Program-made: the position numbers and the translations under genes | Shown here: positions 13,151-28,477 of the stretch, piece by piece | Layout: each line of letters starts with the position of its first letter | Position numbering within the stretch: the stretch's first letter is position 1 | Notes under the pieces: model-generated | Told to the model about the DNA's origin: nothing | The model's database searches: none | The model's input: only the letters and a program-made list of their open reading frames with translations | Source of the DNA: Tubiluchus corallicola | Lineage: Eukaryota > Animalia > Priapulida | Assembly (NCBI GenBank): GCA_030141605.1 | Contig: JAQGDQ010000248.1 | Coordinates: 1-64,000 of the forward strand | DNA length: 64,000 bases | Reading direction: 5' to 3'

Positions 13151-16100
13151 ATGGCTCATAATATAGTAACTGTGTTCGTCTTATACTGCACCTCATGGCT
13201 TGTATTTGTTGCTAGTGAATCAGGAGACAAGACCTCTGGAAGTCTAAAGTATAATGGAGCGTTAAATTCGAAAAACGAAGATGAACCATACTTCAGCTCT
13301 ACTCAGAGTTCTCTTAATAAAGGTTAGTCTAAAAGCCTAAACAAGAATTAACAAATTATATAATCATATTTACATCAGCTAAAACAAAATCCATTAATTA
13401 TAGTGTAAGAGTCAGAAATGGCGTTTTTCATTTGTTCAATTTTGCAAGTTCATTTTTGCAGAACAGATTTCACCAGAATCAAGGATTATTGGTGGAGAGG
13501 ATGTCGTTGGCAGAGAATTTCCCTTCGTGGTATAATTTTTGTTGTTTAAACTAAGTTTCATAAGCAAGCCTCTATTAATGGGCACAAAGTAAGTGAAAAG
13601 ATACCTGACGCTTTCTATACTTATACGAAAGACACATGCAGTGCCATCATTTGACTAGATCTGCATCTTTAGCGAGTATAAGATCTCTTTCATTTAATAA
13701 TAATAATATGGTGTATGTCTTGAGGCGGAATAAGGTTTTGTAATCTTTTGCTGGGACCGAGCCAGGTTTTGATAGATGGAAAACCTCAGTAAAGGCAATC
13801 CTGGTGGAAGTAGGTAAGCTTCCAACGAGGACATTAAACCAATCGTCTTCATGGATGATAACAGTGACAGGATAGACTCCAAAAACTAGAGAAGCAATCA
13901 AATAAAATATTGTTTATTGTACTAATGTTACTATAAACTAGCAAACCCGTACAAAACATTTGTGACATTGTTACATATAGGACCTTTTTTTACCCGATAA
14001 ACAAGGTTGTTGTCGTTCTCGTCTCTGTCACTGCCATCATCGTCATTGTGACCACTGGCGATACAACAGCTTTTAGTCCAAGGATGTTACTTATCACACC
14101 ATTGTTTTAGTTGGCCACATCATCTCGCCATCTGGCGACTAACGTAATAGTGATATTAAAAAATTAGTACATTGTATTTTTAAGGTTACACTTGGTTATG
14201 AAGCAAGATTTATTTGTGGAGGAACAGTCCTCAACGAACGATGGGTATTGACAGCAGCTCATTGTGTGTTTAAGTAAGTAAATCATTTTTGACAACATCC
14301 TGTTACAACAGAAGTGCACAGTACAATGCGACAATTATCAACAACTCATTGTTGTGTTTTTGAGTAAGTACTTTTGACAGCACGTTGTACAACAAGTTGC
14401 ACAGGGCACCTAGTAGGACACTAACTGTCGGTGTTCTAAGGTATGAATCACATTTCAAACACTGTGATTCACCATGAAAAACAACCAGAGTTTGTGCACT
14501 TATTGTCCTCAGACCTTTTGTCATTGCGATATTTGAAAGATTAATTGGAAAAGAAAATTCTTAATATAATTTAAAATGCCTGCCCCCAACTGGCAAAATG
14601 TCACTAAACCACGATCCCAGTGTGCACTTCTGGTTTATCAAAAACCCTTCGTTGATCTTATTGACAATAATATAAAGTAATTTAAATTTAACGAATAATG
14701 TGCTACAAACGCTCTGGTTATGTTTTCTACTTTACGCAATATTATTACAAGTTTTATAAAGCGTTGCAGCCAATGAAAGTCCTACTTGCAATAAGACAGC
14801 ATGTAAGTGATACAAATATTCAAACTTTTTATGCTCTACTTATGAAAAGCGTTCTTTTGTCTTACAAACCTCCAAGCCTGCCCAAGATAAATTTACTCTT
14901 ATCTAATCAAGCTGAACAATACAAGAATAAGGATATTGCCAAGTAAAGTAAATTAAATTTTGCTTAAAATCAAATCAATAAATAAATAAATAAACAAATA
15001 CTAAAATAGATCAATATTAAGTGCAGTAAACGGTTTAGCATTATTTTCTAGCAGAACAACTGGTCCACACTTTGAAGTTTACATGGGAAGCAACATTTAT
15101 GACGACCCAAAGGTGTGGCGCTTTGTAAGTTTACACGAAGTTTTTTAAATTTACATACATGCGTTCATATTTACATAAAGTTTTTATGTTTATAATTATT
15201 CTAGTTGCATAGTTACGTATGTGTAATTCTTGTGGTTACAAATATGGTTATTGAAGCTACTGTTTAGTAACTTTATACGGCTGCTCTTTTGAAATGTACA
15301 TGATCATTTGACTTAGTTGGTTATACAAAATCAATTCAATAGATCTTGCTAGTAAAACGAAAATCCGTAATAACTTCATGCATATTTTGTTTAATTAGTC
15401 TGGAATGCGAAGCATTGACTTACTGAGTTTTTCCGAACAACTGCCTGTACATGTCGTTGAGAACATCATTTAGCGATGCCATGAAATCCATTTCACGAAT
15501 ATTTAAGAACTCCGTTCGGCATTGCAATGAAATCAGTTTTATAGTAAAAATTTACAATACGAAGTTACTTCATAATGACACCATGTGTATAAAAACTTGC
15601 TAAAAACGCGTTACATGAACAACAACTACGAGAACGAGACCGGCTTCACGACGAAAAAGATCTGTGTATAAGGTTACATAACAATCGAGTAATCCACAAC
15701 TTCATTAGCCGTTTTGATTAGAAACTTATTTAGATCTGCTGTGCATAATAACAGTGATAAGGAGATCCACTTCATTGTTTGTCCCGGGTCACTTGAATAA
15801 ATTTCTATGAAAGAGTCCGAAGATCTTCATTTTTACATGTGAAAAATATCTAGCAGATAATACTGGTTTGTAGATCTGTGGAAGAAATATCCGAAAGTAA
15901 TATCACCAATTATAAGTAATTTAGAGTGTCTTTCAGCAACTATAACAGATGCTACAACAATATGAAACAAACAAGCAAGAAAACGAATAGATAAATAAGA
16001 AAGCAAGCTAACAAACAAACACACTGCCTAAGACATGCGAATGAATTTACACTGACGCATAATCTTAATAGCCGGCCAAGACGCCAATAAAGAGTCGTTA

Positions 16101-19052
16101 TTGCAGAAATTATGAAGCAAGAGCGCATGCGCCATAACTTTTGATAGTGATGAGGTGACATGAGTCGAACTGTTCTCGCAAACTGCGTTCATAATGAAGT
16201 TTAATAAACAATAAATATATCAAAAACTTTATCAATTTTGGTATGTCGGTCCAGTACGAGCTTCGTCAAGTAGTGCCGAAGCCCAGGAGAAAATGGCGGT
16301 TATGATTCAATTGTCAATGCAGAGTTGTGAATAAAAAAACACAGTTTAATTTTGATTTTTGTGATCGTTAATGCTCTTTGAGTGTTCTGCAAAATTATGG
16401 AAACTGTCACACATTTAAATAAACTTTCCTGAATTGTGAAACTAATTGTTCCATTCCTTGAATTAACAACTAATTGTCCCTTATCTTGAATTAACAACTA
16501 ATTGTCCTTAATCTTGAATCAATTTTAGGTCGGCTAATTAATGGTGTTCTGCCCAGACGTAGTCTTTATTTTGGTACCCCATGTGTCGCTGCTTTTGCCC
16601 AAGATATCCAAGTAACTGCTGCATTCACGCATGAGGTTGCCACACCGTCATGAACCAAAGTCAGGCGTCAAGAGCTAGGAAGCTCCCCCAGTGGAACCCG
16701 GGAGGGGGAGCACCAGTTTTTATAAGTTTTTTCAAAAACTAAAATCAAGAAATTCAAACTAAAAAGTAGTGAAAAATCTTGATTTTAGACTCCAAAATGC
16801 CCTAAATGTCTAAAACTTACAAAAGTGCAAGCAGTGTACATCATTTTCTGTAGTTTCTTCCCTGTCACATTACTCACATTTTTTAGGCTTCTGGGATGGG
16901 ATCAGCTTAGCAATTAAATTATTAAGCACTTTATGTGCTGTGAATTAAAGCTAAAGCAGGCCTAATCAGAAGTGGCGGCAACCCTATTCACACGTGATAC
17001 ATTATAATGCCTTATGTGAACTTAATTAGCTTTCGAATTGTTGCTTTGTGCAGGTGGATGCTATCAAGGTGCATCCTGACTATGCGAAAAACGAGACCAG
17101 AAGTTTTAAAAATGACATTGGCCTCATTAGAATGAACAGTCCCATCGAGTTTGATAAAGACGTTCAACCTACGTTACTACCACGTTGTCATGAGAATCAC
17201 TACAGTAATGAAACAGTTGTAATAGCAGGATGGGGCACTCGAGATCCAGGTAATTTACAGGTTAATGAAAGAAGAAAAGAATATTTCGACTATATGGGAT
17301 AGCTAGCTTTGACTGCTTGTTGTCAGTAGTCGCCATTTATGCATGAAATAGTCCCCCCCATTTAAGGATAACTTTAATTTGTGTCACAGGAAGCCGAAAA
17401 AAATGTTAACTTTTCCCTCATTTTTGTTGCTTTTCACAAATTTATGTTCGTTCCATAAATGCAATATTAGGAACGTGTCTGGAATTGCAAAAGTTATAGT
17501 TATGCATAATTTAGAATGTTTGGTATAGTACGTTCGTTTAATTTTTTGGAAGGCCTGCTGATTTGTGATTAATGGATAAAATATTTCATCAGATTTTTAT
17601 CAAAAAAGTTGTGCCAGAACATCTTTTGCTTTAACAAACGATTTTTGTCGCATTTTTTGAACGTCTTGCAAAGTTGCACAATTTATGATACAGAATTAGG
17701 CTGTACGAATCAAAAATCTCACCTTTGAGAAATAATAATTTGTATTTAATTCTTAGATAAAAACTCACATTGCTCTTTACGTAGCCACAAACAGCTAGCC
17801 CGTAAAATATTTTAAAATAATTAACGAGTCTGTTCGTTTAAAACAATTAAAGCTATTTACGAGTTTATTCTGATCTTCAGTCCTAACGAGCTGCCGCCTG
17901 CCGGTCGTGTGCCAACTCATCTACTGCCTTGGGGAAAAAGGAAATAAGGAACCAACACAGCTAACTGACGCTTGTAATAACTGACTTTCCTATTTATATA
18001 TATATATGGTTCTTTTTTCAAAGTTAGATTTGGATGATACGCCAAAGAACTTACAAAAGGTGACATTGTCAATTAGCACTTTGGGGGATTGTCAACACTA
18101 TGATGAGATTTTCACAATTTGCGCATATAAGCCAGGACGGAGTGCTTGTTTTGTAAGTGTAGTAAAACTGCTTTATTGAAAAAGTATTAATGGCAGCTAG
18201 CCCTATATAAATACTTAACTGCAAGGTTATAAGCAAATACAACAATGTTCAAGAAAATGCATTTATTAAAAATAAATAAAATTGACATTTAAACTGTTTA
18301 ACGTAAGACGAATGTCAAAAAAGCTTTATACTCTGAAAAAGCTGATATCCTGGTTATAGACAGAAAACGAAAACGTCTAAGATGGTTTAAAGTGAGCATC
18401 ATCGAGAGAATCAACTTTTTTCATTGGAGGAGGTTTAACCCATTTCGGCACTTTTTCATGAAAATGACGTAAGACGAAGCAATGTCTAATCTAGATATGT
18501 TAGTGCAGAAATTTTCAAATTCTTTTAGCCTATAACTAGGCAATTATAGAATGTTTTGAGATTTTGTTCATTACTACGTGACATTTGAAATTATATGCTT
18601 ATATATTATACATCTATAATAGAGTATTATTCGTTTAAACCAATAAAGAAAGGCTTGTTTGGCAAAATCGTGCAGCACAAATGAACTATTTCACAATGAC
18701 GTGAAGTTTGGCAATAACGTAGCTTATTTATTGTGTTTTATTACATTTTGTGCATTCACAGGGTGACTCAGGTGGTCCATTGATACTGAAAGCAACAGGA
18801 GAACAAATTGGAGTTATTGTTGGAGACACATTGACTAATGTTGCCACGGCTAGTTGCAATATTGGCACTCTATGTGTAAAAGTTTCTTATTATCTAGACT
18901 GGATTGAGGACGCACAGTTTTATTATGAAAGTTCAAGGGTTAGGCCAAGTCTGTATGGTGCAGCTTCAAAATGTTACCTGACTTTATTTACAATAATTAC
19001 CGTTGTTGCATCTGTACATTTCGGTTTGTCGGCAGGTACAGAGTTAAAGTAA
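13151..19052 (+). CDS. S1A serine protease, copy 2; 7 exons, ~337 aa
   Basis: Exons 13151-13322, 13462-13529, 14185-14273, 15052-15124, 17054-17249, 18028-18152, 18762-19052. Exons 1-6 have the same lengths as in copy 1; exon 7 has a 15-nt in-frame insertion. Motifs R|IIGG, TAAHC, NDIGLI, SACFGDSGGP. Confidence 0.93.
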
Positions 19053-20615
19053 AGCTATTCCATATATAAATTTGGCTATGTAAATTTATGTTGAAATAAT
19101 TGCAATGTTCACTGGTAAATCTGTGTTTTCAAAATCTCTTCAAAATAGTTCTAAATCATCCATTGAGGTATGTGTGTACCTTGGTTATCGTACTCCCGTT
19201 TGTATTACCAGAATTTCCAGACCAGCAATAACCTTACTACCAGTGATGTAACGAATTTATTTTTGATTTAAAAGGAGCCATATAGATTTATCGTTCCTAT
19301 TTAAATTAATTGTATCATGATAAGCCTGTATCCAAAGAAAAAACTGATGGCAATTTGTTCTTAGTCTTTGGACGTCTTGATCTGTAGTATCAGTAATGTT
19401 TACCTAATTTCCATACATATTACATAACATCTGTTATTTTTGTATTGTGGATTATACATTTATTTAGTCTATAATATCAATAATATCCAAAACAAACATT
19501 TATTACTGGAATATGAGGTTCGTGTTTTTGTTCTTCTTACATTTGCTAATATGTTCTTCATTCATACTGATATGAGTATCAAAGACAGCTAAAGCAGCTT
19601 CGGGATTACAAGAGTAAGTTGGAACTCATAGAATGGCTTCTTGACTTCTTCATCAGTCCAGCAAGTTTATTTATGAACATTTCTTTAGTTCTTTATTAGC
19701 AATACAGGCATACAATACAGTAGCGAAACAATTCACTGGTTTAGCGCCTGCAGATTATCTGTGAACAGTTAGTAAAAGCGTTCCTCTGTTCCCTAAAAAT
19801 TTGTCTTTAGTCTTTCCTGCAAGCACTTGCCTAGCTTCAGTATACTCAACTGACATGCTGGTACTGATGTTGCAACTTATAAAGAAGTTACAAACTCAGT
19901 AATGTTCAAGTTCTGCTTTTCAATGGAAGTAAACTGACGGCAAAGAATGCATAAAATGCGGGTTAGTCAAACAAATTATTTAATAAAAGCTCAAGTGGGC
20001 ACACTCATGCTTAACAATATTAACAGTGATACTGTTATATGGATAATATTGACAACAATACTGTGCAATATTGAATGGTGCGCAATATTAATGGACCTTT
20101 GTAGACGATATTGAAAATTGCACAATATTGCATTCATGTATCGCGTGTGGTGGAAGGAAACAGTCGCGTAATATTACTGTCAATGTTACTGTGGAATATT
20201 GACCTATTGTAGATTGCCAATATTATTGCGCATGTGTATACTTCCTTTAAAGATACAACACATTTGAAAATATTGCTAAATTATTTCATTTTTTAACTCT
20301 TCGTTTATTTTTGTTTATTTTTCAAGATTCCGGAAAAATCATTTGACAAAGACATTATAATGCGCACGTTAATCAAACTGAGTTAAGTATCTAATTATGC
20401 AACTCTTCTCTCGTTTGTACTATTAGCTGCCACATCTGACAACGCCTAATATTTATTTAATTTGATCCAATTATTTCCTCCACCTTTCATATTTCTCACC
20501 TTTTCTCAACTTTCTCCACGTCACCTCACACGAATACTACATTTTTCCTACACTTCATTCTGCAAGCTGTACAACTGTAAAAGAGTGGAAGCATCCACAA
20601 ATGTTAGCCATATAC

Positions 20616-23600
20616 TTATAGGCCTACAGTGAGAAAAATTCCAAATAAAAAGAGGCAAGCATTCAGAATTTTTAAAACTTGAACAGCGCTAGAGTGAATG
20701 ACAGGAAGTTGATTGGCTGGATTCTCAGGATCACAAAACAGTGACAGTGGCATTTCGTCGACGTCATGTCTATAATTTGGTACTCCACAATCAAATACTG
20801 AAGCAACCCGCCATTCCGACTTCAACCATTTCATGCTACAGTTACAGTGCAGGGGGCTAGCTGAAAAATGTGAAATTAAACGTTCAAGTAGTTTATTTCT
20901 TCATCAACAATGCGCAAAACATTTAATTTGCAAAATTTCAGCATTACTTTCTGACTTTTTATCACCACCTCTCAAGTTCTGTCAACATATTGACTAATGA
21001 CGACTAATTAAATAGAGATTGTGACGCCGGGCTTTACTTTCTTACTGGTCCTCTGTTCTTTATTTAAACCAGTATTACTTCAACAATTCCCAAACGAGTA
21101 CTCCTAGCCGAGCAGTGAGGTAGTAGTATACAGATGTTAGTAGTTTAGAAACTGAATCAGTTTCTCATAGGTACCTTTACAGGGCGTACCTAGAGGCAAA
21201 AGATGTGGGTTCGAAACACGAGTGGGATCTTAAGTGTCGGTCTTGAGTTGCTGTTATTGTGTTTAGCTAACAAAGTGTGAACTATTCATAACAATTTTAC
21301 TATTTAAATACTTCTTAAACGTTCACAAAAAAACGCACTCCAAGATACATATTTTTGTGTATAAAGAACGATCAAAATTTAATGAACAAATTTGTGATGA
21401 TCAAAAGATAATTTTCAAAATCAATCAGAGTGCTGCACTCCTTTTTGGTTTAAAATTAAAAGTATTTTCAAAGGCAGTCTCTCAGGCAACACGATTATAC
21501 TTAATCCCTAGAGCGTAGCTAAAGACAGATGTGACATTCGATTTTCTTTTTTGTATGTTTGAGCGATTAAGCCTGCCTATTCATACTTACCTTTTAAATG
21601 TAGTAATATATCTGTGGGATATCGTCTTTGATGAAGTAACGGCTTTTGCACAAATTGAATATTTGTCTGGATGAAGATGATTGATGCAATTTTATAATTG
21701 TTGGATAGGTCCAGATCAGCATTTACTAACTGTTTACAATCCACGATAATTATCTGTTTTACGTAATTCATTTCGTAAAAAGCTCTTGGATGAATCGTCC
21801 TTAACTTGTCATTGTGAGAAATTGTGATGCTTGATCTGATATGACCATATATAGAATTTTCTCCTATGTCTTCTAAATCAGACTGCATGATAGTCAGTTC
21901 AACCACATCTTTTTTATCAAGAAATTTTGCAGGTAGGTCCCTCGACTTGTAATTCAAAATTTTCAGCGTCTGCACACCGCATGGCAAGGCATTCCAAATC
22001 AAAATTAGTTTTGCCTTGAATAGTTGTGCTTCAAACTCACCACATACGACATTGCATTCGCCAAGTGGAGACCAGGCCTTTGAATTCCAAGATCTGCATT
22101 CTGCCATGGACACATCGCATGGATAATATGATATACTTATCCGCGTTACTGGATGCGGTGTTAATGTGCTTGTTGTTGTCTCACAATGTGCAATATCTGC
22201 TAGTAAGTGGTCTAGTTGAGCATGCTTCTTTGCAATACTCAGTGCCGCCAATAGGAGGGGGAGGGAAAGAAATACAGTCATATTTGTAACAATAGGAGCA
22301 TTTAACTGTTGATTCTTTCCAATTCTTACGTTGTGCCCATAAAAGAGAGCAGCCACACGGAATAGAATTGCCTGAAAAAGTATTGCAATGTTGAAACCAT
22401 AAATCAGACTTTCTTTTACTTTAAACAGCACTTTTATTTGATAAGAAGTCTTACAATTATAAGTACATGTATAAAAAAAATCAATGGGCATTCAATCAAA
22501 TGCCCACGGGCTAACAGGTGTAACCTATATGAAAGCATTTCAGAAAGTAGATACGTCATTTATAAGTTTACTAGCCACACAATTACAAGAACTGTTAGTA
22601 ATTCATTAAGTAAAAGTGAAATTGAGAAGGTTTGTAACTTGGTTTTTGAATAGCGGGTGTGCGAAAGGGTGGGACAACTTGGTTATGATGTGTTTGATGT
22701 TGATGTTAAGCTAGAAAAATAGAATGAGTGATGAAGAAGCTACCGAAAGAAATACGAAAGTGTTTGAGTCACGGGAACGCAAAAGTATAAATAATTTGTT
22801 CTGTAAGCTATAATTTAGCAATTATTAATATACTACAGATTTAATTTAAGTAATTAAAGCACCCAATTATCGCTTCAATATTGCGCAGACGTTCTTTTGC
22901 TTCACTCATACTTGCACTGAGTGGGTGATCATGCAAATTAATAAACCATCTATTTTTAACACTGTTAACACTCACTTGGATTTAGTTACCTTATTAGAAT
23001 GTTAATGTCTAGATTAATGACGTTGCAAACACAGTGTTAGTTAATTAGATGCTGTGATGTTTGTCATGTAAGCAGAATGTAAATCCAGCTACACTTGTTC
23101 TCATCCCTATCTGTTAAGTTTGGTATCAAAATTCAATTAATTTTCGGTCTGTGAAATCATCATTTTAGATTACTGGGACATTGCTTTTTCCCTAGCAAGT
23201 ACTATTATTCTGATTAACAAAAGGGAAAAGAAAAAACGTTCAGTAAATGATGTTGATTAAAATAACTTAGATTGCCTATGTATTAAACAGGACTTATGCA
23301 TAATCTTTCTTTATTTAAGTGGATTAACAAAGCAGTTATAAATGATAAAAGTCTCTCCACAGTGCAGGTGCTAATTAGTCAATGCATTAAAACACTGGTG
23401 CTACTATAACAATCGATAAGATTTTTAAAGCAAATAACATCAATGAGGCATAGGTGTATCAAATGGACATACATATTTCAATTAGGCATAACATATATCA
23501 CCTTGGCATTAAACAATGCAGTAAATCATCTTAATTAAAAACTAGATAAATTCACATCAAAAGAAGTGCAAGCTCTCATCTGCCAGAACAAAAGAAATAT

Positions 23601-26600
23601 GTTCTATTAAAGTTGCTAGACTCAATACTTATTTTACTTAAACCTTTTGGTTGATTTTAGAAAACTTCAAACTATGGTAAATAGAGGCTCATTATTGCAA
23701 GAGGTCAATAAATTCATTACTTAAATGATTAAAATTTACAATTTGCTCATAACTAACGAAATTGTTAGAAGTAATTCTTTCGGGAAATATTGCATTCATT
23801 TCCGTAACGTGTGTTACGATACATGGCATGCGACGTCATGATCATGTGACTGAACTACTGAGTGGTATTAAAATGACGAAAGCTAATTTACTTCGTTAAC
23901 CATTTCTTTAGATTATGTTTGAGCACAAGCCATAATTGCAATAAGGTGTACAATCAGAAAACTAATACACATAATTTTCAACGGATCTATTATTAGAACA
24001 TATTGGAGTAAAACTGTTTTTAAACGTCATGTTTCTTAGAAGCGGGTAAATCCTATGATAAACCTCTGTGTAAAAAAGAATTTGAAGCTGCATATTTTTA
24101 TTTTAGCTGTAACCGTATATTGTTACCATTACCTTAGCTGTGGTTTACACTTGCTGGTTAGTTTCATAAAGCTCCACTTACCTGCTAATTCTAGGGATAT
24201 AAATTTGGACGATATCGTCGGATGAAGCTTTGGCATATCCAGGTGCTCCAATCCTGTTTTTCTTATCTCAATTTTGCTTATCAATAAATTTTTAGACAAA
24301 TCAAAATTTGCTGATTTTAGCTGTGGACAAGTGTGTATTATGATTTGTTCTACAGTGTTTACTCGTTCAAAAGCCCTGGGAGTGATCACTTTTAGCTTGC
24401 GGAGACGCTTTATCTTTATCGCTTTATTAACGGCGCCATAAAATGATGCGTCGTCAAGTAGTTCAATCTCTGAATCCACAATTTCAAGCTCATCGACGTT
24501 CTTTCCAGTCAAGAAATTTCTCGGTAGTTCTCTACCTTGATAGTTAGCAATGCAGAGGTATCGAGTCCAGTAAGGTAGTGAATTTAATATCAATGTCAGA
24601 TCGACTGCATACAGTTTTTCGTAATAGCCGCAAGCAACAAAACATCCCTCTCTATCATCAAGGAATTCTACAATAATACAACAGGGAAGTTCGATTCCAC
24701 AGTTTGGCTTCATGCATCCAATAAATTCTCCAATTTGTATTTCGTTTATTGTGTGCTTCCTGGAAGGGGTTTCACAGTCAATCTGCGAGTTTTTCCAACC
24801 TTTTGTCTTTGTCCACATCATACTACAGTCACAGTAGAGTGGATTATCTGAAAGTGGATGATCATGGATAATGGTGCGTTCAGACATACAGATGTAGAGT
24901 TCTCTCTCTCTCCCTCTCTTTCTTCTCTCCCCCTCTCCCTCTCCCTCTCTCTCTCGCCCCCCTCTCTCTTGCTGAGCTTACAATAAGTTGCGAAATAAGT
25001 TGCTAAGCCAGTCACACGTGCAACTTCACTCTTAGAGAGAAGTTGCGTAACAAGTTGCGAGAGAAGTCTCCACGTCTGAACACGCCATTAGACTAACAGA
25101 AGGTTTTTAGAATGTTGAAAGTTGCAGTAATGACAACGATAAATTAATATAAGATGAACATAAATCGTTTTCACCGCTTTTTGTAATCAGATACACCTAT
25201 TCTGTCATTTTACGTTTTTTTCCGAAATTAGGACAGCCAACAACTTTTGAGTTACTACGGTGAGCAGAAGGAAATGTGCTAAACTTCATCTGCAGACTAA
25301 AAAATCTCAGTTATTGTGCAAAATTTACCAGGAAATGAGCATCGTTGGCCAATTAGCTGAAGAGCAAATTTAAATTCAATTTAGTGAGTGACTTATGAAA
25401 CACATTCTGTAAATAAAAATTCTAAATAATTTTAGTTGCGCTAGTATTACTTACTTGTAAGAGATATGGTCACATCTTCAGGCAACGTTTGACTATGCAT
25501 AACAGCCATATCCACATGTTGTAGCCCAGTTTCAGATATTACAATATTGGTAAGCCTGCGATTATAAGATAGATTCAAGTTTAGAGTAGTCAGCTTTTTA
25601 CAGCCGATTATGTGAATACTTTTAACGTATTTCATAGAGCTAAATACTTTTGGGTTTATATAAATTACGTTAGCATTGTTTATTATCCATATGGATGACG
25701 TAACATTGGCATGTAAAAACGAGGCTCTTATGTGTTCCATGCGCAACTGATGTATCTGGAGCACACGAAATGACTTCCTCTCCAAGAACGGTCGGGGAAA
25801 GTGGATTTCCATATAATTCCATATCTCAAGGTGTTCCACGTAAGCAGGCAAACTATCTCTTATCATTTCTACATTGTATAAATAAAGCCAGGAAAATTTT
25901 CCACACACTATCCTGCATGGATTAACGTTTATAAGGACAAGTAATTAAACACGTTATTGCTGTTCCAACTCATGTTGGTCATTGTTGAGATTAAAGTTGG
26001 CTTTGAATAAAGATTATGATATCACCTCTTCAAAACAGGTTATGTTTTCATACCTGTTTTATTGTTTGCTAGCAGGATTAAAGAGAAACTAGTTAACGAG
26101 TTTCCCAGAAACTTTGGGCAATGGTGAGTAAGAGAACATTAAAGTGACCACAAACAAGCAGATCAGAACAAAATAACTGGTGCAGAATATATAAACTCAT
26201 CTGGTAAAATCACTATTCCATAAAAGATTGACTTTATGCTGAATTTATAACGTATGGAAGGCAAAAGAGGCGGAGGTCTAACAGCTGGAAGACACCCCAC
26301 ATACTGCAATGACCTCAGACGGCGTGATCAGATTGGAGAGTTTCCTTTCTGATAGCAAACCTGCAAATGTGAATTGCTTTGCGAGTTACTATCGGCAAGT
26401 CATAGCAAACTGTTTCACAGTTGCTGCTAGTTGATTCCATGCAAGTTAATATATAATCACTAATATCGAGTCAAATCATTTACATACACATTAAAGAGAT
26501 AAGGTGATAGTACTTCACCTTGTGTTAGTCCATTTATGACTTCAAAACCGTCAGAGACAGCCCGACACTATTTAACAGTTGCTGACTACTGTACCAACAG

Positions 26601-27328
26601 GACAAAAGATTAATCACAGCAGCTGGAAAATCATATTTTTAGCTTATCATGCTGCGTAATTCACAAGATCAAAAGCTTTACTAGAAAAGTAATAAAGATA
26701 CTTACCTATGAAATGCATAGTTACGTCCTTGGGTGACATGTCTGGGTGGAATTTTGGTTTGGATAAAAAATCTGTAGCCGTTCCTACTATCAATAGCGAT
26801 GATAGCTTAGGATTTTCCGAAAAATCAAGACGTTGTATATCTAAAGATCTTGCATAGAGGACATTAAAAGTCTCGAGATTCTGCAGTTTGGCAAATGCTC
26901 TGGGATGTAAGGTTAACAGTTCGTTGTTAAATTGGAAATACAAATCTGTAATGTCTCCATAGAAGGCATCTTCAACAATTGTTTTCAGTTTAGGAGAAGA
27001 TTGTAATGTCAGCTCTGGCACCTGTTTTCCTTCTAGAAATCGAGCAGGCAGCTCAGAGCTCTGGTAGAAACATATTAGTAAGTCAATATTATCTTGCTCT
27101 TGTTGTGTTATATTGCTCAGCAGTGTAGCTTTCAGTGGAACCTCTTCTCCACACCAAATGTTTTGTACCCGTCACGTGTATTTCAAAAGAACAGTTGTTT
27201 TCAGGTTGACACTTTGATCGCCACGCCGGTGTCGACGTACCACATGGAAGTTTTATGATTTTTGGTATAGAATGTGTGACACGTATGGTCGAAAACACTA
27301 CGCAAACTGCTATCATGAGAAAATACAT
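20616..27328 (-). pseudogene. Disrupted copy of the four-module LRR gene (unit 2)
   Basis: Exon 1 (27328-26706) is 623 nt: an 8-bp deletion near 27160 (tggcaatg missing relative to ~49786-49794) shifts the frame. Exon 2 lost ~225 bp including its splice acceptor and LRRCT near 25935. Exon 3 (24847-24182) is intact. Exon 4 (22371-21591) is 781 nt, frameshifted with an early TGA. Exon 5 (20860-20616) is intact. Confidence 0.85.
24871..25088. mobile_element. Shorter copy of the same MITE in the unit 2 LRR pseudogene
   Basis: TIRs atggtgcgttcagac / gtctgaacacgccat, TA flanks, ~70-bp CT tract. Confidence 0.6.
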
Positions 27329-28417
27329 TCACACTGTACCATTAAATTACACCTAACTGATTATACAAGCCGTTTTTTTAATACTCTGACATGTAGAGTT
27401 ACCTTGAGGTAGTTTCAAGCATCATTTGGTCAAATTTTGGTCAAGTTTACAAATAATAAGAATAGCTAGAAAATTAAAAAAATCAATCAGTACTAATAAT
27501 AGTAATCCGACTACCCACGAAATAAGCTGAACAAATTCGGTAATGTTTAAACACTGGCAAGAGCTCTTAAACAAAGAAGTTTTGTTTAGCCTGAGCCACG
27601 TCTTTTAGCATTAATGTCATCACAAAGACTTTAAGCAAGATATCACATTGCAGAGACGTTTAATTTTGCTATAAATGTAACTCCATCAGTATCGAAGAAG
27701 AAAACGTAGAAATAGAATGTACATTCAAAACTACAGTCCATTGTGTTCAAACATTTGGAACCATAATGCAAACAATATTACATTATTCGTTGTGTACAAA
27801 AGAATATATTAATTAACAGTAAAAACTAGTTCCTGAAGCAGATTAGGATTAAGATTGGACTAAAGTTTAGGCTTAGGTTTGGGGTTAGATTTGTTTAGGA
27901 TTAGGATCAAGGCTACTGTATTTAAATTGTTGTGCCGCCAGGATTTGAGACCTAACCGGGGGAAGATGGTCATGTAAGAGTTGCAAAAATTCAAGTTGAC
28001 AATCAACAAGCAGCGAGATCAATTTCCAATATCTGCATCCTGGAATCATGTGGTGATTGTTGACGCATTACGAGGGAGAGGATGGACGGAAGAAAATTAT
28101 TTTTATTACTCTAAATTTAAATTTGTATTGCGTTTTCATCATATTTTTGTAGTCTTTCATAGTGCTGCCACCTTCGGGCATGCTTGGTTAAAATTGTTAA
28201 ATCTTGCCCTTCTTGTCCTTTACTGTTTTAAATATCATTGGCTTCTATAGCCTTCATCTTTGCAGAATTTCTAAACCTGTTTTCGCACCTGAACTGATTT
28301 CACCTGTAATTTTGGTCAATCATTTTGTGCCTTTCAACTTCACACTACTTCACTGATTCCACACTACTTCCGAATAAAATCTTAAAACTAAATTTTAATG
28401 TTTTTTTCCAGTTAATT

Positions 28418-28477
28418 ATCATCATCATCATCATTGTTGCTACTGTTACTGTTACTGTTACTGTTACTGTTACTGTT
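28418..28477. repeat. (ATC)n plus (TACTGT)n microsatellites; shorter at ~11055-11090 and ~51039-51086
   Basis: Read directly from the sequence. Confidence 0.85.

Noticed and set aside
21577-22491. 304-aa ORF as a standalone LRR protein with an internal hydrophobic segment
   Set aside because: Its N-terminal third is intron plus the wrong frame of exon 4, joined by the pseudogene frameshift; the true frame begins GNSIPC at the acceptor (22371).
22448-23878. 1.4-kb segment present only in unit 2 LRR intron 3, considered as a mobile element
   Set aside because: No convincing terminal repeats, TSD or coding motifs; a microhomology (gaa) deletion in unit 3 explains it equally well.
27843-27907. 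TTAGGG-like tract as a telomere or chromosome-breakage site
   Set aside because: Short, highly degenerate, internal and duplicated with the unit; more likely part of an old dispersed repeat.
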